64,000 nucleotides of DNA, taken from NCBI RefSeq assembly GCF_009914755.1, contig NC_060927.1. One strand, 5' to 3'. Positions 27,371-41,028 of the stretch are shown here, piece after piece. The notes beneath the pieces were generated by a model. It did not search any database, was not told the DNA's origin, and was given only the letters and a program-made list of their open reading frames with translations. The DNA comes from the human T2T-CHM13v2.0 reference genome, Homo sapiens. Within the stretch, counting starts at the first letter, position 1, and each line of letters begins with the position of its first letter. The translations under genes were made by a program, and so were the position numbers.

Positions 27371-28483
27371 ATAACAAAAGCAAAACTGCCTTTATTCAGA
27401 GATAACAGGATTATGGACGAAGATATCTCATTGGGATCTACCCAAAAGCCAGCTACATTAGTAAGTTGCAGGATAAACAACCACAATTAATTTTATTTGT
27501 AAAATTTGGCAATATATAACTAAGAATTAAAATGATTTAAATATAATTTTGAATAGATTAGAAACATCAAACCAAATCAAATAGTATGAAAATTATATCT
27601 AAACTTTAAAATATATATATATATATAAATTTTAAATATGCTTACCCATAAAGAAAACAGTCATGTCACTCCAAATGTTTTGGAGTATTATTTTACAAAA
27701 TAATACTTTATAGTTTATTTGCTTAATTTTCCTAGCAATCAGTTATTTTGGGGGACATAAAAAGTTATTTGTCTGTAATTAAGATACAATACTCTAAGTC
27801 TTATGTCAAAGCCCCCCGAGGTGGATATAGTCTAATAGCCCATCTTCCCTAGAAATAAACTACGTTTATAAGCAAGCTTTCTCTCTTCATAGATGTCTGC
27901 CATGACTGTGCAAGAGTCCCCTTACTTGGGGTTTTGCATATCCTAGAGATTTGCTTCATTTTTCCCCACTCCAAAAAGGACACCAGCTGTCCTTGAGACT
28001 TGTTTCTTACCTGGTCTTCCATTCTCCCACATATTAAAGTGTACAGTACTGGGAATCTATTTTCTCTCTTTTCCCTGTCTCATCTAGTGAGTTGAGACTT
28101 TTTTGTTGCTTTCATTCTAATAGTGTTGGTTTTACCCTTTTACTAGAGTACTAACTTGTTATTCAGACTCACTTGCTAGGTGGCAGAGAAAATTTTTTAT
28201 TCATCTTTGTCCATAGAAAGTAGTCAATAAATACATATTTCTATGCCTAGTTGTATTACAAATAAAGCATGTTAGGATATTCACTAATTCCAATTTAAAG
28301 AGTAAGTTACATAGCTTTTCTTTAGATTCAAATGATAGCTGGAAAGAGAAAGGAGAGGAATTGACAACGAGTAATTACATGTACATTTGCTCAATATATA
28401 TGTTTCTAAACATGAAACTGTCTAGGTTCAGACAATAGGCATTAGAATTTGAAGTTTAAGATGAAAGTTGATGCTGTTTAAAT

Positions 28484-28967
28484 TTTTTTTATTTTATTAT
28501 TATTATACTTTAAGTTTTAGGGTACATGTGCACAATGTGAAGGTTAGTTACATATGTATACATGTGCCATGCTGGTGTGCTGCACCCATTAACTCGTCAT
28601 TTAGCATTAGGTATATCTCCTAATGCTATCCCTCCCCCCTCCCCCCACCCCACAACAGTCCCCGGTGTGTGATGTTCCCCTTCCTGAGTCCATGTGTTCT
28701 CATTGTTCAATTCCCGCCTATGAGTGAGAACACCCAGTGTTTGGTTTTTTGTCCTTGCGATAGTTTACTGAGAATGATTATTTCCAATTTCATCCATGTC
28801 CCTACAAAGGACATGAGCTCATCAGTTTTTATGGCTGCATAGTATTCCATGGTGTGTGTGTGCCACATTTTCTTAATCCAGTCTATCATTGTTGGACATT
28901 TGGGTTGGTTCCAAGTCTTTGCTATTGTGAATAGTGCCGCAATAAACATACGTGTGCATGTGTCTTA
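28484..28967 (-). mobile_element. 5'-truncated L1PA2/3
   Basis: ORF2 C-terminus (MFIAALFTIAKTWNQPKCP...) and 3'UTR; GAG not ACA diagnostic; 14-bp TSD gatgctgtttaaat at 28470 and 28968. Confidence 0.97.
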
Positions 28968-29415
28968 GATGCTGTTTAAATATTGAATGAGCCCTTTTAG
29001 CTAGAAAGGATGCTTTAAAATTGAAAGAGACGTTCATCTGAAAGGTAATAAAGAATGAGTTTTATTTGTGCAAGTATGATTCTTGATATGAATTACAGGA
29101 AACTATTATGTTGTTCTGTCTTAGATATTTCATGTTATCCTAGACCTATAATAGCAAATACAAGTAAATGCTAAGAGCATATTAAGGCTTTTTAGTTTAA
29201 AATGAAACATTAAAAACCTAAGTGCACTAGTGAAGCTTCTCGCTGGACATGTGATCCTTTACCTCCTGTTACGCACAATGGTAAGATGATCCATACAGGT
29301 TTTATACATATTTCTCAGGCTTGGATTTTTTTCTCAACATCATTTCTATCATAAGGAAAATATCTTTCCTGTAATTTACTACTCTTTGGTATTGTTACTG
29401 GATTTTTTTGTCTTG

Positions 29416-29473
29416 GTATTCATATATTATATGTCATTTGATTCATATAGTATTCATATATTATATGTCATTT
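29416..29473. repeat. 24-bp direct repeat with 10-bp partial-copy spacer
   Basis: gtattcatatattatatgtcattt-gattcatata-gtattcatatattatatgtcattt. Confidence 0.9.
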
Positions 29474-30282
29474 CTTTGGTAGCTATCTCTTTCCTTTACT
29501 TCCTAAGACTACTTTTAGCTTTTTCTTGAGTGATTGTACTCTTTAAAGAAATGTACAGGAAGCCAGTATATTATAGAGAGAACTCTCCCAGTCTAAAGTT
29601 ATAACATTATATGCAGTCTAAATATGACACAGAAACATGACACATAGAGTAAACCCAGCTGCCAGTTTCAAGCAAGAACAAAGCATGCAGCTTATGAATT
29701 TATGGCTATCATCTTTGACCCTGAATTGATTGAGAAGTTTACCATAATTAATCTTCACCCATGACCAGCGTAGTTCTCTATGAAGTTGCATGTATATAAT
29801 TGGGACAGAGATGTGGCTGTTCTGCAACTCACAGAGAAACTAACTACTTTGCTCCCTGATGAGAAGCCAATTTATGATGGTTTAGAAGTTGACCCATCTG
29901 TGTGACTATCTAAATCCATGTCACTAAACTAAAGTTTAGATCTCTTTTCTGTTTTCCAGCTTTAATATTCTGGCCCAAGTAAAGAAAACAATAAGTTTCC
30001 CTTTATTCATTTCACTTTCAGAAAAGTGTTTGTACCCCCTGTCATGAAATAAAGAGTATTGTTGAACAATGTTATTTTAGATATGGGGTGGCCAAGCGTG
30101 CAGAAATTGAGGAAGAAAAGAATATTTTAAAAAAATTTATGTAAAGTATTTGACTTTGGATACAAAAAAGAAAGGCTTACTAAGCATTACATGTGTAGGA
30201 ATAGCAAAGATTCCTATAACAAAGAAGTTAATGAACTTTTAAACAAAATAAACTTTCGCTTAGTAAGGGAAGGAGAGGCAAA

Positions 30283-30760
30283 TTATAGTCATCTAACAAT
30301 ATCATCTGCTCCTGTTTCCTTAACGAAGACTTTTTTTTCCAGTTTAGCATTGTACTCAATTAAAACGCTCACCTTGTTAACATTTTTAAAGCCAGGTATA
30401 GTCATATGATCTAGTTCTGGTCAACGGGATATCGTTAGATGTCATTCGGTGGGTGTTCTTACAAAGCTTTTAAAAGGAGAAAGAATTGGCTGGAATCTGC
30501 TTTTTGCTTTTTGCCCTTGGCCTTTCCCCTTTCTCCTGTGTGGATGCAATGGCTGGAGACAGAACGGCCACATTGTGAACATGAGGATTAAAGCCAAACT
30601 CCACAGAGGGTGGAATTGAAAGTAAAAAGACTTTGTGAGGATATAGTGAAGCTCCCATATCAGGTCTTACCTATTTCCTCTGTCTCTTTTTATTAGGAGA
30701 AAAAAAAAATCCTGTTTAGTTAAGTCGTTACTGTGCAGCTGACAAAATCTCAATTGATAC
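30283..30760 (+). mobile_element. MLT1J/K-like LTR
   Basis: gtcatatgatctagttctggtcaa...gatgcaatggctggag...gaacatgagg...gcagctga...aattgataca. Confidence 0.7.
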
Positions 30761-31799
30761 AACCAGCTTCTATTAGTAATTTTTTTCATGTAATGACATG
30801 TTGAAAACATTGTATTGTTTTCATAAGCGCTGCAAGTTAGAATTACTCTTGATAAAGGAAACTCAAAGTAAAAATAGAACAGTCTAAAGTGGGCCCTGAC
30901 AGTGCACTTGAGTGTTTTATCAAACCAGCAAGCAAGGGTAGCTTGGTCTACTCAAGCCTCCTGCTTGAGCAACACTTCTTGTGGAAGATTTGTGGAGGAC
31001 TCTTAGATGCCATGTGTGCTTTTCCAACTTAAATGATTTCATGATATTTAGCACAATTTCAGTGGGATATTGCTGAGAAAATAACAGAAAGTACTATTTA
31101 TCCAAATTTATTTCTGTGCCTATGCATTCTATATGCACTGTGATTTAAATTACCCTATAGATGTTGAAATTTTCATTATGCTTATACTTCAAAGATGGAA
31201 ATAAAATAAGAGTAAAACAAAAGAAAGCAGAATGTATTTTTTGAGAGCAAAAACTTTTCAAATTGCCCATGACCATAATTTTAGGGAAAACAACAAAAAT
31301 TAATAATTACTCAAGAACCATATAATGAAGTAAACATTGTAGTTCAAACTCTGATTTTACACCAGATAATATAGTAAGAGAAATGCATAATCTTTATGTA
31401 CCTGGTCTTTTTATTAGGAGCCCAACTCCTAAACTAGTATCTTCATAAGAAATTCACCATTATATCCTGAAATTGAAAAGAAACACACCGTGAAGTATAT
31501 TTGCTAATATTATACAGGAAATATCAAAAAGTAAACTGTCTTTATATGAAAAGGCTGACATTCTTTCTGATATTTAAGAAAGAGTAAGGTGTACAAAGTG
31601 AAAGCCTGCTACTTTTAAAAACCTGAAGTGTTAGATTTATTACTCCTTGTGCATAGATGTTTGAAATCATTCTTTGTTCCTTGCTAAAAATAAACATTAT
31701 CTTTTAAAGTCTTGGAGTGATTTAAATGAGTAAATGTATAAAAAATAAGTTTTATGCCATGATAAACACACTATATATAAACTTAAGAAAGTGAATATT

Positions 31800-32091
31800 G
31801 GCCAGGTGCAGTGACTCACGCTTGTAATCTTAACACTTTGGGAGGCCAAGGTGGGAGGATCAGTTGAATCCAGGAGTTTGAGACCAGCCTGGTCAACATG
31901 GTGAAACCCATCTCTACAAATAATACTAAAATTAGCTGGATGGGTTGAGGCTCATGCGTAGTCCCAGCTCCTCGGGAAGCTGAGGTGGGAGGATCACTTG
32001 GGTCTGGGATGTTGAGGCTGCTGTGAGCTGTGATTCCATTTCTGCACTCCAGCCTGGGTTACAGACCTGGGTTAAGACCTTCTCTTAAAAA
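31800..32091 (+). mobile_element. AluJb-like
   Basis: gggaggatca in both arms; TSD aaagtgaatatt at 31788 and 32092. Confidence 0.93.
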
Positions 32092-32912
32092 AAAGTGAAT
32101 ATTATAGACACCTGATTTTATTGATCATAGGGATCATGATGGTAATTGGTTGCTTAGTTTACTGTAAACAGTATTTTATTAACTTAAAGTCCTAAGGCCT
32201 AGTAATCACTAATCAGCCGTGTTAGCTTAGGTAAGGTGAATAACCTCTCTAGATTTGAATTGTCCTATTTATAAGGGGAAAAATATGAAGTATTCTTCAA
32301 TCTCTATTAATTCATGAATACATGTGTGTAATATGTTGCTTTGAGCATATTCTACATCGAAAATTTGCAGATGTTACCCAAGAGGCACAGGGCAAAGAAA
32401 CTTTTAGAAACACAGTTTTTAGGATCTGATCCTAGTCCTTGAAATAGTATGTCCTAGTTCTTATTGTTTCTTGTCTTTGAGTGGCTGCTGTTACTGAGAT
32501 TTAGTATGTAGCCAGAGTGAGGAAGCGTCCTTCCAACCACCGCCAAACTTCCTCATCTTTTGCAAGAGGGCTGCTTCTGAGGTCGTTCAACAGAAACTGT
32601 TACGCCAGTCACTCACTTGTGTATGCTGATTCTTGCTTGTCCTTCTGGGAGCTAGTCTTGGGGCAGGTCAGGCAACATACACTGGGTACCTTCATTTCCT
32701 TTATTTCGATATTTCTTTTTTACAGCCTGCCATCTGAATAGAAATTACACTAAATGATATCCTTGACCTTGTCTGGTAAATGTGTTTGGAATTTGTGGAT
32801 TGCTTCATTTTGATCAAATGATCTAAGTAGATGAGGAAATAATACAGCAGGTAGCACTCGATAAAATTTATATAGCTTCTTCCCCTTTTGTCTCACCTGC
32901 CAGCTAACAAAG

Positions 32913-32953
32913 TATACACACACACACAGGCACACACACACACATGCACACAC
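32913..32953. repeat. interrupted (CA)n
   Basis: direct reading. Confidence 0.9.
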
Positions 32954-33689
32954 AGAGGGAATCAGTATCACATTGAATTTATGGTCTTACTCCTTGGCCT
33001 CATCTTGAACCTCTAGCACAGTGGCTTTTTGCAATTCATCAGAAGAGAAACTATAAGAAATTAATGAATGAATTGGCCTCATATATCACTACCAAAAGAA
33101 AACAATTCAAACATTAAGATGTTTAACACACTTTAAACCACCACGTTTATTCTCTTATCTAAAGGATATCGTAACAGAATCTTCATAAAGTTTTTAAGCA
33201 TTATTAAAGATGACAACAAGAACAGGTAGTTCTAATTTTGCATCGTGTTTTGAATGGATTCTGCTCCTAGTTTCCAGGACTCTGAAGGCATCTAGGTAAC
33301 TGAGATAATGTTCTGCACATGATCCTTCTCTTATGCTTGGTGCATATGCTTGTAAAAAGCCTGTTTGTCAAAAAAAATCAATTAATCTTAACTGTACAAA
33401 TATTTGCTTAATAAGACTCCTTAGGGAGCCAATATTAATCAAAGGCTCAGAATGATCTGTAATTAGCACTTTAATTGTACATGTATTAGTGGATGTTTTG
33501 AAAGTGCTTAAGAGTTTTTTTTTAAAATGTTTTATTTCTTATTTTATTTAAAATATTTTATCCAACACTCTCTTTAAATTTCTTAATCTGGGACATCCTT
33601 GACTTTTACTTAAACTATGGTCCTAACCAAGCCTCCACTTAAACCTTGGTCACAGAAAGCTCAGGCAGTAACTTTTATATAACATCAAT

Positions 33690-34220
33690 CAAAGCAGGCC
33701 TGTTGTCAGATTAAAACTCTCCAAAGCTTTTCCACAGACTAAAATAAAATTCAAATTTTCATCCCTGCTTACATTTACTGAGTCAATTCTTACCACTGCC
33801 TCCGTCACATTATATGTTCCAGCTATGCCAGCTTTCTTCATGCCTGAAGACTTGTCTCTCCTAGGGGCTTTGCATTTTCCGTGTCCTCTGCCAAGAACAC
33901 CTCTCAGAGACTCCCTCTTGTCTTTTCTATTTCAATTTAACTGACACTCCAGGAATACCTTCCCTGACTCCTGAATCCAAAATATGACCCAATTCAACTA
34001 GTAACTCTCACAGTTTTTCTCTATTTCTACTCTTTTTTCAGCATTTGTTGCAATCTGAAATATTCTTTATTCTTTTTTGTTGATTTTTTGAGTTCTTTAT
34101 GATGTGTCTGTCATTAGATGTGAGCTTCATGAAAGCAAGCACTTCTTGTTCAAAGCTGTATTCCTAAAACCTAGAATAACGCCTGTCAAATAATAGGTAC
34201 TCAATATATACTAGTTAAAC
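33690..34220 (+). mobile_element. L2 3' region
   Basis: agggctttgcat...ccttccctgac...ttagatgtgagcttcatgaaagcaag...taataggtactcaata. Confidence 0.75.
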
Positions 34221-35539
34221 TGAAAAGTACAGGTTATGTAGAATCCTTTCTTCATCTCACATTTTTGACTTAACTTGGCTGTAATTCATGAGATTAAAAA
34301 AAATATACCTGGACTAGTATTATTTGTTTTATTATTCTTGTTATAGTGAGAAGTTTTATTCCTAGGAAATATCTGATTTTTCACATAAAACCTTTTGTTC
34401 ATTTCACTGAAAACTTTGGAAGAAATGAAGGAACAATAGTGACTATTCTGAGACCTGCACAGTAACTCTTTTCCTTGAGAATTTCAAAACTTCATGTAGG
34501 CTGCTGATCTTAATAATACTTTTCTTCTTTTACAATATCTTTTTTAAAGAAATAGTATGTTAGAAATTCTACTAGGGAGGGCAACCTACGGTGTAAACTG
34601 CCATTAGTTTGCATCTCATCTGATTCTAAAGACTCTCTACCTGTTTTCCTATAAATTCGCTTGGATTTATCTTTGCCCCCAACTTATCTGGTGTTCTGTT
34701 GTCTACCTGAATGCCACTCTGTTTTCTTTGTGAACTCAAGTCTAAGAGAGATTAAAGTAAGGCCAGCTGAGTGATTTTCTAATAAGCCACACTTTATTCT
34801 AATTTTTTCAGAGTTGAAGCAAATCACAGAGTCTAAAGTGAGAAGAGAGAGAGCCTGTGGTGTGGCTTCTTGTGAATGGTAGTATCACCTGTATCTGTAC
34901 TCCAAAGTAAATGTGTCTTGTGCCCAATGGTATTTTCTGACAGCCCATAGAAGAGGATACCTTATTCTTTATGGGCTTCATTTTATTTTGATCTGATAAA
35001 AAATACGATTCCTGTACAGGTAGATGATCCCTGTTCATAGTAAACTGTAAAGAAAAATACTTGTCCTCTTTCCTCTGAGCCTTTAATATGGTAACAATCA
35101 TGTTTTGAAATTCTGTAAGAGATATGATGTAAGCTAATTGAGATTCAATTACCACATCACATGCTTTTCGCTATGCAGAGGCTAACTGGGGATCTGTCTA
35201 TTAGAAATTACTCATAGCCGGGTGAGAGCTAGATGAATAGCAATTTAGACCTTGAAAGACATGCAAGACTATAAATGGAAATAAAAGTGATGCTAATGGA
35301 AGATCACCCAAGAACTTTTCAGAATTCCCTATTGAGAAATGCTGATTTTCATATTTGACATTAGGGCTTATGATAATGACAAGACCTCAAGATTGAGTAC
35401 AATTAGATCCATAAAATGTATTGCAAATATCTTGAAAACTATCTATTAAATTGAATCTTTGAGCTGGATTTGTCTCATTTTCTTATAATGATTCACAACA
35501 TGAGAAATTGGAATTTACTTTTCTTTGTTATTAACGACC

Positions 35540-36170
35540 AACATAAATCCACATTATGTATCTAATTATTCAGAAGAGCCAAAGTGTTCTTTTCAAAACC
35601 AAAGACAAAATGTCACTCTTCTGCTCAAAACATGGTGATGGCTTATATTCCCGAGAATCAGTCTCAAAGTTCTCACCATGGCCTTCTAGGTCTCTGCCCT
35701 CATCACCTTCCTCTCCCTTGGTTCATCTGTTGAGGTAGCTGGGTCTCATGGATGTGCTGTGAGGCCTCCCCATTTCTCAGCCCTTTGCATATCCTACTTT
35801 CTTAGTAAGAAAATAGAATGTCATTGTTCCTTACTATTTCCTTAGTAGAGAATGTCTGTCTACATGGCTAATTCGCTCATTTCACTCTGCTCTACCCAAC
35901 AGTCTCCTTTTCAGAGAGATTTTCCCTGATTAAACCATTTAAGGTGGAATACTCCTCTTCCTAGAACCATCATACCAATACCCTTTACCCTGCTCTAATA
36001 TCCTTCTTAGCACTTGCAACCAGGCACACTGCATTTCATTTATTTATCTCTACTCTATATTTTCACCATTAAAGGATAAGTTTCCCAAGGTTAAATACTT
36101 CAGATTTTTTTTATGACTCTGTCTCTGATACATATTAGGCATTTAACAAGTATCTGTCCACTGAATAAAG
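35540..36170 (+). mobile_element. L2 3' region
   Basis: tgtcactcttctgctcaaaac...tctcagccctttgcat...cttagcactt...taggcatttaacaagtat. Confidence 0.7.
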
Positions 36171-37995
36171 GATTTATGAGCCTTTGCTTTTGGGCTTCAT
36201 CTAACTAAATCAGTTAATTGTGAATTCACTACTGAAAAAGAACAGAGTAAGAATTCTTATATAAATTAGTAGAGACTAGCCTTCCTCTTCTAGTAATGCT
36301 ATTGTTAAAATTGCTTACATAAGATTAAATTTTAAAAATCTTTATAGTATGTAATCCTTTGAAATTCAAGATATTTCTTTACTGTGTAGAAAGCACATAT
36401 TATGAAAAGTTTCTGTTTTCTCAGATATTTATAGTAAACCATACACCAAAAAGATTATTCTATGTATGATCACTTACACAAAAATATCTCTTCAAATGTA
36501 GTTATCATTAATTAGTTTTTATTAAGCAGAGAAATAATAATTAATAAAAGGGCAATTCAGCCCAAGATTGCTTTATATAGCATTATTTTTCAGCATTTTT
36601 TCATTGCATTCCAAGCAATAAAAATTATAACCAAAAGCATATTTTGTTTTAAACTATAATAGAATAAAATAATAGCATTGCCCATAATACTGTTAGCCAA
36701 ATTAGTGTGCACTCAATATAGAATGTAAGCAGAAATAATGTCATAAGCAATTTTATATGAATTTCATTTTTAAGAAACTTTTAATTTCCTAAACTTGTTC
36801 CTTTTAATGTCAAAATAACTGCCTTTTATCTTAGAAGATGATTGCACAGAGATTATTTGCTTTAAATTTATTATATCATGTGGAATAATCAATTTACCTG
36901 CCACTAGTTAAAATTCCTAATATCATCTGATCTAACATTCTGAACAATTGTAGAAAGAGACTTTCTCATTTACCCATTTGTCCCCCTCTCTATTGAGAGA
37001 TGTTTACAAAACTCATGCCTGTAGTTATATACACAAATTTTCATCCTCAGTGTAATAAGGAGATGAGGAAAACTTGAAAATGAAGATACAGACTCTATTT
37101 TTTTTTCTTAATGGCTTTTCCCTAAAAGAATTCATGTCAGCAGCAGGATGAGTCCTAGCACATTGCGGGATACTAGAGATAACCCTGACTCGATGGGAAA
37201 AATTCCATTTACTGCATCACAACTTCCTGTGGTTTGTGCCCAAATTTACCACAGTGAAATGCTCACACTCAATGTTATTTAAGTCATAAAACAATTTGTT
37301 ATTATAGTCTGCAGGAAACTACACAAAAATGAAGGAAAATGGACCATGTGGAGCTTTTTATACCATTTACATTGTTCAAGTGGCCCCAATTTCCATGAGA
37401 AAAAAAATGCCTAAATAATCTACTTTGAAAATAAAGCCTCTTACCCAGATATTTTCTTTTTCAAAATGAGTACTGTGAGAAGCAGCAGCATTATTTAGAA
37501 GATGTAACCAGGTTTCGTGATAATTTTGTGCAATATGAGATTATTAATTCATTTCCACAAGTCTTTTTGAAGTATGTGTTATCAACAAGGAAATATTTAT
37601 CAATACACAGTGATATATATTTATTATTATTTATATTTATAAAGAAACATTACTTAAAAGTATAGACGTGCCTTAAAAAACATTAATGTTCTAATCATTA
37701 TTCATTTTCTTTGGTGTCAAACCTAAATATGGTAAATATTGCATTTTTAATGTTTAAAATAAAATAGTCGTATATTACTATTGAATGAAACAAAATCAAA
37801 TACTGAAAAATTCTATCATTTTTTTTCCTTAGGTGTCATATCAATAAAAAGGTAAGGTGTATAATTACCAATAAAATAGTTGAGGGGTGAATAGGAAATG
37901 CTTTCTGTACCTGTTTACAACATGTATATTTAATTAGTTAATCTGAGTCATGAGTGAATATGTGAAATAGAATAGTCAGTATTTTTTATAATATA

Positions 37996-38525
37996 TGTTC
38001 CATTACTTACTGCTGCCCAACAAATTACCCCAAAACTTAGCAGCTTAAAACAAAAACTATTTATCATAGTTCATGATTTTGTGGGTAAGGATTCAGCTGG
38101 GTGATTTTTTTTACTCTATATGTCATTGACCAAGGCCAGCAATTGTTGTTCAGCAGCCTCAAGAAATAATACAGAAGGTTGAAGCAGCTTTACTCACAAA
38201 CTTAATGCCTTGGCTGAGATGGCTGGAAGGCAGGGCTCAGCTGGGACTGTTGACCACAGTATTTACACCTGACCATCTCAGCATGATCCTGTCAGAGCAT
38301 TTAGACATCTCACATGGCAGCAAAAAGCTCCCAGACTGACCGTTTCAAGAGATGGGAAATGGAAGCTGCCTATTTCTTAAGACCTGGACCCAGAAAATAG
38401 CACGATTTCTCTTTTGCCATTTTCTACTGGTCTAAGAGTAGAATATACATTCCTTGTATCAGGACGTGGGATCTATGTTCCCCTCCCTTGAATCAGAGCC
38501 CACTCAGAATCTGAATGTATAGCAG
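37996..38525 (-). mobile_element. MLT1 (F/G/H-like) LTR with an internally inverted terminal segment
   Basis: aaattaccccaaaacttagcagcttaaaacaa...gatggctggaagg...ctcacatggcag; 38444-38512 reads in the opposite orientation. Confidence 0.75.
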
Positions 38526-38599
38526 GAATTCCAATTGAGACTAAAGATACCTTGCGATGTAGAGGAGTATATTTTGCTATGAGAAAACATCCTCTCTCT

Positions 38600-39720
38600 T
38601 TGACGTTAAGACCTTACTTCACCAGTTTTATTCCCTTCCCCAATGTACTGTAGAAAATGTTAGTCTACTTGTGAACAAAAATGGAAACAAAACAAACTCT
38701 CACAATAAAAGAACCTTCCCTTGACTCCGTAGGACTCTTTTATTACATATTTTTTTTCTGTTCCATTCACCTTCAAACTTCTCACTAGAGTACTATGTAA
38801 GCAGTGTCTCCACGCCTGCTACTCTATCCATGGCAATGTGGCTTCTTTCCCAGGTGTTTTTGCAGAAATGCCTCTCTTTTCAGCAATGGCTTTGTAATTC
38901 TGAACACAATGAACCTTCATTGGTCAGGTATTAACAGCCTTCTCTGATGCCTTTGACACTGTTGATCCCTCCTTATATCTGGAAATCATTCATTGGCCTT
39001 CCGAGTTGTCACAATCTCCTGGTTCACCGGTTTCCACGCTCTCTTCTCTGGAGACTCCTCTTGCTTTGTCTGTAGATAATTAGCTTTCTTCAGAGTTCTG
39101 CCACTAGGGTCTGCTATTTTCATTCTGCAATATCTCCTTGGGTGATGTCATCTTTGTTCACACTTATAAATAACCCCTTTATGCTGATGACTTGCATAGT
39201 TAGATCTCTTTCTCAGAATTCCTAGCAGAACCTCAGATCTAACGTCCAAATGCCAAATGCCAGCTATATATCTCTGAGTAGATAGATGCTTCAAATTTGA
39301 CCTAACCTGGATCGTTCTCTCACATTTATTGTATCTTTTCGGCAACATCAGCGTTCATTAGGTCAGTCATGTTCTAAAACTGGGCTCTATCTTTGGTTTG
39401 TCTCTCTCCTTGTCCTTTTGCAACTCTCCAGCTACTTATACCCCTTAAATAACAAAGTCCTGTTGATATACATACTAAATATTTCCTGGGTTTTAAAACT
39501 CTCCTCTCATTTCCTACTAACACTGCTCTGATTTGTTTAATATTATCTTTTGAAAGAAGTATTACAACTGCCTCTTACTTGTTTCTCTACCTAGACTTGT
39601 GTCCACTCACATACCAGAAAGAACTCTGAACACGTGACAGTAACACCACTATGCTTCACAACTTTCAATGTCTCTCCATTGCCAAGAACAATATTTTTAA
39701 AACTGCAGATAGACACTCAT
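38600..39720 (+). mobile_element. L2 (ORF2 3' part), diverged
   Basis: tttgacactgttgat...tctcctggttc...tatgctgatgact...tacaactgcctctt. Confidence 0.7.
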
Positions 39721-41028
39721 TAATAAATTATACAATTAGTTTAGTAGATCTCGATGAGTGTTTTTAATGAAATAGAACATGCTATGTAGAATATTACAGA
39801 GAGCTTTGCATTTAGTAAAAGTCAGATATGATCCAACTGGTTCAGGTGTGTGTGTATACCTACTGGGTAGCAATAAATTTTTCTTTTTTTTTGGTTCCAG
39901 ACCAGTGGAAACTTTGCATTCCCTGGGGCATGCAAGATAATGCATTGTGGGCCAAAAAGATGATTTAGAAATTCTATTTATTTTCTCTAAAATGGTAAGG
40001 AATAATTTGAGCTTTTCTTGTATTCAATATGCAGATGGGAATTGGTGTGATTTCTTGCTCAATATGTCAGTTCAATTCACATGACTCGAAAGAATTTGCA
40101 TTATCAAGAAGAAAGAATAAATGCTTCACAGAGGGAAATTTGAACATAATGTCCTCATTTATTAAATCTCTTTCAGTGTATGATAGTTTATCTTTACCTG
40201 CTTAACTAAATTAGTGGATTATATTATTAGAATTTTCCATCAACTAACCATCACAAATAACCCCATGGCCTAGAAAGTACATACAAAGAAACCACAGAGT
40301 CAAGACTTTTCTATAAGAAAATAAGGGAATATTGGAGCTGACATTTCTTGTCCTGCCAGGAGCTCTTCATTTGTCACAATTAACAATTAAAAATTATTAC
40401 AATACTAAATCAAAATGATCAAAATAATTGCACCAAAGGCATACTTTTCTAGGGCAGCAACAAAAATAAAATGAGGTAATTCAATTGATTTTGTATGAAG
40501 GTCCATACTAATTACATGTAACTGCTTCAATGCATCTTCAAGAATCTACTAGACAAAAATTTCTCTAGTGTTTATTCTAGCCAGGCACTAGGCCAGGTGC
40601 GGACTCATATGTCATTTCCTTCCCAAGTCTTCTTTCTGCTAGGTTGAGTTTCATTCCTCCCCCAGCATCCCCATGATAACCTATGTACCCTTCTCTCATT
40701 GCACTCACCCTAGAAAAGGATGCCTCCCCCATGAGTAGTTACATAATTAGACTCATAGTCCCTGCATCCTGGACATTTTCTGGCAGAGGGCTGACACACA
40801 AGTGAATCCAAGTATGTGAGTGTGTGTGTTCGTGTATGTGTATACATTTATGAAACTAGTCTAGGAAGTGCTTTCGTTTACTCTTTAATCTGAGCACAAG
40901 GGTTAGAAGTGCAAGAAGAAGTTTGCTTCATTAAAATAAAGATGATTTATTCCTATCTGTAACCTTCTTTGGGTATCATGTGTTTATTCATGAATATTCT
41001 GTGCACATAAAAATATCTTAATCAGAGG

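Noticed and set aside
34812-34837. 26-nt exon-like segment reading ELKQITESK
   Set aside because: Weak donor (AAA|gtgaga) and no recognisable protein match.
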